Assembly (NCBI GenBank): GCA_964057225.1
Contig: OZ059894.1
Coordinates: forward strand, 9,610,001-9,674,000
From: Auanema rhodensis
Lineage: Eukaryota; Animalia; Nematoda
DNA length: 64,000 nt
Reading direction: 5' to 3'
In this document: positions 16,801-64,000 of the stretch, piece after piece
Numbering within the stretch: the first letter of the stretch is position 1
How the letters are laid out: the number at the start of each line of letters is the position of its first letter
Program-made: the position numbers and the translations under genes
Notes under the pieces: model-generated
The model's input: the letters and a program-made list of their open reading frames with translations, nothing else
The model's database searches: none
Told to the model about the DNA's origin: nothing

Positions 16801-19800
16801 CTTGGTCTCGGTTACAGATGTTATTTTATCTAATTTATATTCATACTGTCTTTGAAATGTGAGAGTTGTTCTTGAAGAATAGTTTAGAGCAACTTTTCGT
16901 TTCAAATCTTCTCAAATTGCCGTTTTACGATAGCTCGTTAGCCCTGAATTCAGCTCTGAACTTTTTTAAGTTTCTTTGTTGAAATGTTTTTCTCAATGTT
17001 TTTTCTCTCTATTTTTTATGCTAACTGTTCTATTCTCAATGGCTGAACTGAGACTAATCATTGATTTATACTAAAACTTTTGATTTCGAATCTTACTACC
17101 CGGAAAGGTTGTGAGCAAGAGTTCCTGTCAATCGATGGCTATACGACGCCTGTTTCAGTTGACATTTGACATGTGGTGTGGTTGAGCGACCATTATATCA
17201 TATGCATTGTGGTTTCGAGATCAAATATGGCTTTAAACAATCATTATATAATGGGATTGTTGAATATTTCCTTTTATAACTTTGTTTATGCTAATTTTGT
17301 ATGGTTATAGATGAGGTTAAATGTTGAAATTCTTTCCGGTGACACAGTTTAAGACTTTTGATGAAAATCTGTAAGTCCTGGTATGGATTTCGAAGAAAAC
17401 GGTTTTTCGCGGCACTGCTTATAAAGTCTTTTGTTGCGAGAGCCTCTATCTTCCCTCCATCACCAATACAATGCGGATTATCGTCACTCCGGACAAACCT
17501 TATCTGGCCTCGATCATAGGATAAGAGAAAGGCCAATAAATTTACATACAGTGTATTTTTTTCTTAAACTTTGTGGTGTAACATAGGATCTCCACTTAAA
17601 AACTCATGTGTTCAAATAGCATCAATGTTAACGAAGAATAACAAACTGAGCTTGAATGAATATTAGCTCTCATGCTCTCCAAAAGCTTGTTCTTCTGTTG
17701 TAAATATGTTCATATATTTCTAAGGGGGCTATATCTGAAAGGCGTGTTCCTCTCTTCTCTTTATCTCTCAATTTAATTGAAATGCCAATTGATAGCACGG
17801 GTGTATCAAAACGGCGAATCTGATTAATGGATAATGGTTGATTAGTTATCTTAGTGCAAGCGCGGGGCGGTGTTGCTTTGTTCAACCTCAATGAAGCTCG
17901 AGTGATGCTATTTCGACCTAACAACAGCTCGCTGTTTTTTTACTAGTCGATATTATGCTTTTTTTATAATATTTGAATTGATTATAATTCCAATTGCGAA
18001 CGAAATGTGTGTTTTCTGCATAGCTTATTCGATATCCGATACACTTCTATATGCTATTGATTATGGTGAGCAACAAGAGGATGAACACTATTTTGTTTTT
18101 CTTTCACTTTAGACCTTTTCAAATAAGTTTGGAACTCATTTTAGCTTATTAAAAATTCAGGAGAATCAGCTCAAAAACAGCGAAAACAAATTGAAAAATC
18201 CTGGATATTCTATAATGTATATATTTTAGTTCGACTACGGCGAAGGGAGCCACAAAAAATTGATGGGGTTGAAGCTGGATTTGAGCCAGAACCACTTGTA
18301 CCTCGATGCCATTCTACTCATTCTCTGTCATATAACAGTTCTCAGTTTCAAGTAAGTGTTTATTATCAGTGCTGATTGTGGAGATGAAGATAATCTTATC
18401 AGCCCCTTTTCAGCCATCCGATTTAACTTGTGGTGACAATAGAGAAGTAGTGAGAGAATATGCGACACCCTTAGCCGTTGTTGGCCCTAGAAGGGTCCGT
18501 TGTAGGGCTACCGGTAGTTCTTCTGAGTTCAACGATATGAAAGATGCCAGAAGAAGTGAAAACAGACGTACCAGTCTACAGGCATTGAACGGTAAGTTTT
18601 CTGTATAAGTTTCGCATATCAAAACCAATTACATCTAATTGATGTGTCTCTTTCTATTTTGTTGAATAATAGTTCGGTGTAGCAACTGTGGCTTTGTACA
18701 GTTTTTTCTGATACAGTTCAATCTGAGAGGGGTGTAATGCTGGATTATTTCTAATTGTATACATTGCTTTTGCTGCGAAAATCGGGTGACTTCATAAAGT
18801 TTTAGAGAGTCATTTTTCAACTTTGCTAACAGCTGTGCGTAAATGCCCATTTTTTCTAAGTTGAATTAAGATCAATTTTATTTGAAGCCAAGTTGATTTG
18901 AAGAAAATAATTATCTGGAAAATCATTTATTCTAAAACTGGACTGCTAAATCAGCGGTACTTAGATATAATCCCACATATTTTCATTTTCCCCGTAGTTT
19001 TATTAATGGGAATGTTGAGCGAAGGACGAGAAGCTTCTTCAATCACTCAAATTCGAAATAGAAATATTTTATGAAGAGGCAGGTGTTGTGTACGACCTGA
19101 ATTCGCTTGACCGGCTGATAATCTATACAAAAGGCCGCATATGCGGAACTACTCGAAGACGCCTTTTGTTGTTGATATCCTTAAAAAAATAAGAAATTAC
19201 TGTATTGTATTTTTCCAGCTGCTCACTTGGGATATAACGGATCTAGTCAATTTGCTGCAAGTCAGGAATTGCTGCACCGACCGCCACTAACTCCTCAAAG
19301 GTATGAAAAATTTTTTCTCTACGATTAATTATGAATGACGACTGCTCTAGTCACATGGCGTATCATCATATATTAAAGTAAGCTTAGATGTTTGGGATTA
19401 ATGCTGTTGTGGTATCTCCCACATCATTCAAGACATGTGTTCCCAGTGGCCAGTTTTCCCGTCCATTCAACTGAGCTCTTGGCTATCTGTTCATGGCCTG
19501 GGAGGATATTTATGATGCCTGTCTTAGTATTGCACGCTTGCGCATACTCATTTTCCTCATATATATTGCTACCGAAAACGTTTTAATGACCCTAATGGTA
19601 ATTCATTACATTTCGCAAGGACTTAAAATTTGATTTTTATTGAATTGCCCGCTGACTTTGAGTACTTTCAACTATTCAACTGAATTATCTGGTTTGTGAC
19701 AAGCTTGTCAAGGCTGCTGCTCTCCATCTTTTATATGCGACATTTTCATTTGGAAATTTGCTCGTCTCTCGCACGCAGTTTCCTTGGCCCGTGGACCTTC

Positions 19801-22800
19801 TGGATGTGTTTTGCCGTTTTCGATCAATGACGCTCCTTCCCTTATTTAGTTGGTTCTCGAATCATCACGAGGAACCGATTCGTATTAAGTTTCATGCAAA
19901 GATTGCCGGTCTATCTGCATTGAAATATTTTTTATTTGATTACTTGAACTTTAATATCATTATTATTACAAAGAAAGACTTTGCTGGTTGACCCTGCTGA
20001 CTTCAAGCAGGCCATCCAATTAGCTCTGCGTGGTCTGTGCCTTGTTAAGCCGTATTCTTGTTCCTTACAAAGAGTACACATCTGCCATGTAGTTGCTCAT
20101 GTTTGCCAGAGTCGTGACTTTGCCTATCTAATCTTTCTTTACTTGACTATAACAGCTTTCTGTCTCCAATATTCCTTCATTTCTTAGTGTTTACAGCTTC
20201 ATGATTCATGAAAAATTTTAAATCTTTATATTATATACAAGCCTTCTTAGTCAATGGTTCAATAAGTGTCTTTCTTATTCATCTCGAGGGTCGATGTGGA
20301 GCCTATTATTCAACGCTCTCTTGATTCATATATCCGATCCTTATGTTGCCACTACGTTCCTTCTGCCATTTCGTATCTATTGACGATAGATCTGTCACAT
20401 CTTCGATTGTTTAGTTTCTCCGATTGTTGAGATGCCGAATGTATATGGATGTTCCTTCGCTTCATAAACATTAGCAAATTTCCTAAATTGGCTACAGTTT
20501 CTATAAATGCCAAAAATGCGAGGTTCGTGCTCGTGCCACGACGACCTCTTCCAAATTTCTGACACAGAATGTTCAGAAGTGGAGCTAGATAAACGTCAAG
20601 CTGACTTGAAGCGGTTTGTTCAGATTTTTTCAAAAGTTTTTATTACATAGCTTTTTATATGTTTTTGTATTATGAAAGTTTTGTTTTCAGTCATCGGCGA
20701 AGTATACAGCATGTGGATCGAGGAAATATCAACGAATCATTCAGAATTGACAGCACCGTTGTTACGAGCACGCCTGTTGGTAAAAAGGTAGGTACTATTA
20801 TTTACCTCCGTTTTCGAGTTTCTGAAAAACGTTCAGTCGATCTAGTTAGTCTAACTGGTTCTTCGATAATGAATTCATTTTATCGCGACCTTTATTCTAT
20901 TCTGTACCAAAACCTAATGATTATATTTCATCTGGGTGGCACATATGGCTAACACGTGTGGTGTATATCGCGAACTCTCGTTCACTTTGTCCTAATGCTC
21001 CCCGTTCTTTTACTCTCAGTTCTAAAGTTGTTCACTACATGCTATTATTTTGATCACTATTTCTTAATTATTTAGTTGGAATATAATTTTCTTGTATATT
21101 CCACTCTTTAGTATCTTCTCTTTATTAGTTTGAATACATAATAATCCTACTCGACATTGTCGCATCTGCTGGATAAGCCACCATGTACTATTCACAGACC
21201 TCCGTTGAAGTGTTGATCCTTTTTACATTGATGTTTCGTATTAGATGGCCTCTAGATTAATGCATTCACTTTCACATCACTGAAGGCTGCAAAAGTCTGT
21301 ATTTCCGCCCAAAATGGCTAATATGAGCGTAATGTTTAGCGTTATGATTGTCCTTCTTTAGCTAGGTTTAAAAACTTGACCAACAGATCGCAGAGTGGTT
21401 GGATAGCCTCTTAAATTCTTGTGTGCATTTCGCTAAAAAAGAAACTGCGTTCATAAAGATGATCTGTCTCTCCTCTCTCAATGTGTTTTCTTAGCCTCGT
21501 TCACTTTTTCCCGTAGGTGATTTGGATATTGAAAGGCGTCGCGCGACTGTTTGCGACGGGTCCTCCTCGTCAACCTCTCATTTCACTTTTGTCTTCTGCC
21601 TTCTAACATCATGCACACCCTATTCGACCAAAGTATTTTGTTAAAATAGCCATCATATCGATCACATTCTTCATTTGGATTTCTTTGATATATCGTCGTT
21701 GAATCTCTTTTGTCATTTGTTCTTTCAGTTGAATAGAGTTTCGTATTCCCAAAAAATATCCTAATACGTTCCTTTTTGGCCACACGCATATCTATTGTAT
21801 TCCAAACCTCCAAACCTATGCAGACTGCTCATGAGTCCTCGTTTTACGATTCTCTGCCAATATTTGCTCTGCGCTGAATTATTAGGTTTATAAATATATA
21901 TATATATATATCAGTGTTGAGCTGACTGCAATCGTAATGGCGTTTATTTTGCATGTTTTCAATTGGGTAGTTGCAACATCTTCTGTGTCAAATATGGTTT
22001 GAGCGTTGAATTGAAAGTTTTCATATCTCTCCATACAGAAACGGAACAATATTAATGATGACTGAATAATGCGCCATGTCCTCCGATTATTTGCGCTCCG
22101 GTATCAATGATCATGATGTTATTTGTTCCTTTTATCATAGTTTTGTACATTAAACAGCTCTATACTACATACCAGCATACTTATAATCATTGTTGACCAC
22201 TCCATCAATATTCTTCGCTTAGCATTTCAGTCTTTAACCTTTTCATACATGTCAAGCTCTTTAATTTGAATACGTTTGTCCTACCACTCTTGCTTACGTT
22301 ATCTGATATGAAATACACGAGACCGAACAACAATCTAACAACCAGTTTGTCTTTTCTGGCTACCCCCTACCGTGGGTGCGTCCTAATCGCCTAGTATTGT
22401 GCGCTCTTCCTTCTATCTGTTTCTTTATTGTATTCGGGATTCGGTTTTATCTGGCATGATTACTGCGGCTCTTCCCGTATGTTCGTAAAGAAGAAAAAGG
22501 AGAAGACGTCGATGATGAAGTAAAAGATATTGCGTCGTTCACTTTCTTCTAATATAATAACCAGCTCAACACGCGCCTTCGTCTTATGTTATATGACGAC
22601 TGCAATCTCCATCAATATAGATCTAAATCACCATTTTTATGATCCTCTTCTTCCTTGTTTCCTAAATTTGTCCTAGTTGTGCTCTGGTGTTGAATAGAAG
22701 TCGCAAATGTTGTTAAACAATTCTTTCTCATGGCCGTCAAAGCATGAACCATCATCACATACCATTGACAAATGTGTTATCCAACGGCCCATAGAATTAC

Positions 22801-25800
22801 GTATGGTTGTGGTTCATGTTTGATATTTGTTCTAAGTAGCTGTCAATTCGACTCTTTTCTTCGGGGATCAAGATTCCAGCTTGTACATGTCAAGCGTCTT
22901 TTGATTTCATTTCTGTGATTCACTATTCTCTGTCAATTTTCTGTTGTTTCTCTCCTCACAAAAAATCGATGGTAGTTAGAGGAGCGTTGTCTGTCTGTCT
23001 GTCTGTGCGTCGCCGGTGCGTAGATGAATACATGTTTGACAGTGAGTGTCCTCTCTATTCATTGCCTCTCATGTACCCACTGTAATCAACTGCGTGAATG
23101 AGGTTCGGTTCGTCAACAGTGAAGAATGAGTCTATTGGAAGGTTCCTTGTAATTTATTCATTCATATCCCATTCGTCAATTATATTCTCAAGATCGCGAT
23201 GCGTATATTTCATTCATTTGCATTGTCATTTGTTTTTTATTCGCAATGTTGCCCAACGTATTTCACAGTTTTTTTTCAATACAGCTTGTAGCTTCGCACA
23301 TTTTTTTGCTAATACAATCTATACAACAGGTTCCATCTTTCTTAATGGCTTTTTGAATTATATTGTTTTTTCATAGCCCACCTAGGGTTGCCAAAATAAG
23401 TTTATGACCATCGTTCTCGTTTTAATATCTCATAATCATTCTTTTAATAATTTCATTTTTCACGTCACTCCCTTTTTCAGCGAATCGAAGCTAACGACTT
23501 TAATTTGGGAAGTAACTTAGTCACCCTTTAGGGTAAAACTTTTTCAATGTCGGTTGTTTGTATGTAATATGAACTGTTGTTGTGGAATGAGTAGACTATA
23601 TAATAAGATTACTGAACGCTTTGGAGCTTCTACAAGCTCTAAACCCAAACATAACCCAACACCTCCTTCCACACCTGGTGTTTCAAAAAAGAAACCTGAG
23701 GTAGAAATTGAAATATCGATTCCCCGACTTCCCTTTACAAACAATATCATTCAGTTCTGATTTTTTAGGTTGCCGTAGCTCCGATACCGCACAAGCAGAG
23801 GAATCATAGCTACAGAGAAGATCAAAACAGACAATTGTATGTTTATTTCTTATACATATATATTATGTTCTATATTCCAGTCATTCCAACCATGATTCGT
23901 CGCGTCATCATGTGATGTATTCAAATGAACGATTAGGTAAACTTTTATTGTCTTTTAGCTCTGTTTTTTACGATCAAATTATGTAATTGTAATACCTTTC
24001 TTGTTTTATTTTGAAATATGCACTCTAATCTTTTCATTTCTATCCGTTTTTTGTTCAATTTGCGTTCCTTTTTAGTTGATGGGCCTTCTTCTCCATCAAG
24101 AGTAGCTAGTTTGGAACAACGAGTGAAAGAGCTTGAGGCTGCAATGATTGGTAATGGCACATCAGTCGTTATTCCAGTTACTCCAACTCTTCAATCAAAA
24201 CGTAAGTTGTTTTCTGTTTTGGGTCATCGTGGGTGAAATCAGCATGATTTCTAGCTAAGTACAGAGACCTTGATTCACGTTTTGTACTGCTGATAAATGA
24301 CACGGTTCTGTTTTATCTGTTCTTAAGTTCTTCTCCGATCTCATTAACATTGTTTAACGATCGTTTATCAAAAGATTGCGATGGAACACTATTATTTTTT
24401 TTAATTCCTGAAATACTGTTAATTCTTCTCATAATTGCTCTTAATCATCTTTCGTTTTCAGATGCCCACAACAGAAGTTCTAATGGAGCTTCTACTCAAC
24501 TTATTTTTTCTTCTCCCACACCCGTTACCCAGCAAATAATGGCTAAGAATATCGTGGAGAAGGAAGTTGAGATTGAACGCCTTCAGGTATTTTGATATTC
24601 AATGCCTTTTTTACTCATGAATAATGTTTAGGCTCAATTGAGAAAGGCATATGATCAAATGGAAGTTCAACAACGAGAATACGATGATAAGCTCAGACGA
24701 TTCAAGCGGGACTCAGATTCCTCCAAAGATGAACTACGTCAAGTTATGAACAAGTATGATCATTTCAAACACAAATTGAACATAAATTAGATTTCTTCCA
24801 GATTGAACTCTCTTGATCAGGAATATGTGAAGTACCGTGAGCAAGCTGCTCAAATGGCTGATATGCCTTCTGAAGCTTTTGATGAATTAAATCATAAGCT
24901 AAGTGAGCAAGAAATGAAGATGGCTAAATTACGAGAAGAAAAGGATATTATTGAACGACAGTGCTCAAAACTCCAACGAGAATTGGAATACTTAGAACTT
25001 CAAAATTCTACTTTGAATAAAGATTTGGATTCTAAAGAAGACAGTCTCAAGAGAATGGAGCAAAATCTTTTGGTTTGTTGCTGCTTCATTTAGGAATTCC
25101 TATTTGTTGATTTCAGACTCTTCAAAAAGAAGCTTCTATGTATCATCAGTCGTGTTCCTCAGGATCAACGCCGTTGGCAGAAGACACTGAGTCACTAGTT
25201 GATATTCGTTCTCCATATTATAGTCAAACCAAGCCTTATACTAAGGTATAATAATCTATATTATATTATATTTGATTAGTGATTTTCTCAGGCTCATTCA
25301 ACTCTTGGTACCAATATGAGCCCTCTTCCCACGCAGAAGAGTAATCTACGGAAAAGTCTTTCAAACTTTACTATTGACGCCACCAAGAAAGACGATATAA
25401 CTCCAGCTATGAGTCAAAGTCTCAGATGCCAGCAAAAGAAACTGGCTGATACCAGAGTACTCACAAAGTGTCTTAGGGACGTTTTATCTGAATGTGCTAG
25501 TGGTAAAACGCCTGATGTTCGAAAATTCCTTGGAATCAGAGGTTTGCTATAATGGCATTTGTTATGAAACTCATTTTCGCATTCTTTAAAGGTGATTCAA
25601 TGTCTGAAAGTGAAGCTGAATCAATTGAGTTTGACTCTACTCCCCTGTCCATGGCCTCAGCGGAAAGAATGGTTTGTTTTTAGTATCATTCTATTATAAA
25701 AACCACGTTTTGCAGATTCTGAAGCAAGAAGAGTCTATTAAGAAATTAGAACAAGATATGGAACACATGCGTTATCTCATTCATGAAGTGTATTGCTCAA

Positions 25801-25841
25801 AAGTAGAAGAAAAGGGAGAAAACCCATGTGCCATTCAATAG
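13848..25841 (+). CDS. Coiled-coil protein with Ser-rich disordered N-terminus, CEP85/CEP85L-like C-terminal block and CaaX end (CAIQ)
   Basis: Phase-compatible exons at about 13848-13903, 13949-14091, 18229-18351, 18414-18591, 19219-19300, 20691-20787, 23769-23836, 23881-23936, 24077-24201, 24463-24586, 24632-24753, 24803-25072, 25117-25245, 25292-25541, 25592-25671 and 25716-25841. Heptad-rich core (SLEQRVKELE, LQRELEYLELQNSTLNKDL); ends DMEHMRYLIHEVYCSKVEEKGENPCAIQ*. The family assignment is inference. Confidence 0.75.
15449..15971 (+). CDS. Probable alternative first exon of the coiled-coil gene
   Basis: TTTTAG acceptor 3 nt before the ATG, a long Ser-rich ORF, and a phase-1 donor CCAG|GTTTGA compatible with the exon at 18229. 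Confidence 0.6.
23569..23700 (+). CDS. Possible alternative first exon (MNCCCG...) of the coiled-coil gene
   Basis: ORF MNCCCGMSRLYNKITERFGAS...KKKPE with a phase-0 donor GAG|GTAGAA matching exon 23769; TTTTCAG upstream at 23480. The donor is weak. Confidence 0.45.
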
Positions 25842-27576
25842 GTTGTTAATCATCACTTTAATCAATTCTGTATATATCTATTCACACTTGACTCGGGCTA
25901 ATTCACTGTTGTCGTTTTGAAGTTCAACAGTTTGAACTCCTCAAGTTGTACGTGTATTCTTGGCTGCCTTGCATGTTCCGCATAATCGCATTTGTTGGAA
26001 GTGTTTGTCTTCTTTTGATTTCTTCTACCATAATAAGACTATTAATTGTCATTCATATATCTTTCGCTTCTGTATATAAATGTTGACTATCACGGTTCAG
26101 CCCTCTTCTGTAATATTACTTGTGAAATAATAAAGACTTCCGTTCTTTTTTTATCTTTTTATGTTCATTTGTCATTTGGCGACCGATTAACTAGCCTGAG
26201 AACCCTTTGAAGTTGATGTTGGACATCGATATCGGTCAGCATTATTTTGTTGTTACGAACAGCAATCAAGGTTGGGATTAGATGAATACGATACTTGTGT
26301 TTGTGGGAAAATTCCTAAGATTCATCTGTTACCTTTTGTTCCGAAATTTCTATTCATCCATGGTATTTCACACAAAAAATGAAACCTTGTGCTGAGAGGT
26401 CTGAAACAAGAAAAGATATACACAGGCTTCATGATTTTGATCTAAATAGTTCGGCGGCGATTTTTGATCAAAAAGATAGCTTTAGATAGTTTTTAAACGG
26501 TTACAAAAGATTTATGGATAATAAAAACAATGTTTTTTGTTTGTTTTTTCTCGCTTTCTTCAGAAAAAATGGACTTCTTATGTGAACATGCTAAACATGA
26601 GAATGTCAATATTACTTAGAAAATGACAATCCTTCAGTCATATGATGGAAGTAACTCTAAGATAATTGATGAGAACATTGCTTGCAACCGGTTCATCCGT
26701 ACACGGATGTACAACTAGCGGCATCTTTGATATTATATCGGAAAGGTATGCGAAAACGAACATAAAGCTCTCAAAGCTACTTGAAGTGTACGGCAGCGGC
26801 TAGCCAGGCCGTTGTGTACTCGTTGGGAGATTGAACCTTCAAGGATATGCAAACGAAAAGCCGATTGATCCTTTGATTTGATGCAAAAAGCTGCAGAACT
26901 TTCGTTATCTTTTGGCTGTGGGGTAAACGGAAAAAATAGTTTTTTTCTTGTTCGTCAGTGGAAGAACAACCATTGACAGCATCCAATCAATGAGAAATGA
27001 ACTTGTAAAATCATTTTGACTTAAAAACTGAAATATAAGAGATGATTGTTGTTCATTACTTAGAGTAAATGCTTATCAGATCATCAGAATAAGTATTATT
27101 TAATTGTAAATTTATGTATATTTGAAGAATTTCCAAAAAAAGGTATTCGTTAAATGAAAACATAACTAATCAATATATTTTATTATAGAATAACTTTTTT
27201 TCATAGAAATCTATACAACAATAAACAGTACACATGATTTCTGAGAACCATAAAATTGATTCTAATTTTTAATTAAAAAATGAGATATAATACACATATG
27301 ATTAAGCCAAACATCACAAAAATTTGATAATTCTGATTAATGTGCACATGAATATCCACGTAGCACAATGAATTGTGGCACCAATTTGAAAAAACATAAA
27401 GGAATATTGAGCAGAAAATCTGAAAATAGCAAACGTCTTAGAAGGAAGTAGTTGTAATGCGATTCCGAATCATCTTTCAGGAATTGCATAGTTGAAAATG
27501 CATGCATGTATGAATATTAAGCTTACCTTATGAATGATTTTGTCTTGCAGCTAGACAATTTCATACATATCATGAT

Positions 27577-64000
<36,424 letters not shown>

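Noticed and set aside
26165-26990. Small gene or pseudogene between the coiled-coil gene and the titin 3' end (short minus-strand ORFs, one with KYRIHLIPTLIAV)
   Set aside because: I could not assemble a phase-consistent exon chain or recognise a domain; BLASTX or RNA-seq would be needed.

Overview
AT-rich nematode (probably rhabditid/clade V) nuclear DNA with many short (about 40-60 nt) introns, so the ORF track shows only exon fragments. It holds four protein-coding genes. (1) The 3' part of papilin/mig-6 (+, 371-12876; TSP1, Cys-rich lagrin repeats, Kunitz domains), with a short 6-Kunitz isoform and a long isoform that appears to end after Kunitz 10. (2) A coiled-coil gene (+, 13848-25841) with several candidate first exons, a CEP85-like C-terminal block and a CAIQ CaaX end. 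(3) The 3' part of titin/ttn-1 (-, window end to about 27.5 kb; Ig/FN3/kinase/Ig). (4) The Kv channel exp-2 (+), nested antisense in a 26-kb titin intron, with many candidate short first exons. The standout element is a 5.3-kb head-to-tail array of 33 tRNA-Arg(CCT) genes (160-bp unit, each with its own T4 terminator). It is antisense to papilin and fills an intron used only by the long isoform. An identical solo tRNA-Arg(CCT) lies in the opposite orientation in an upstream intron of the same gene. Gene names and C. elegans comparisons come from recalled protein sequences, not from a database search.
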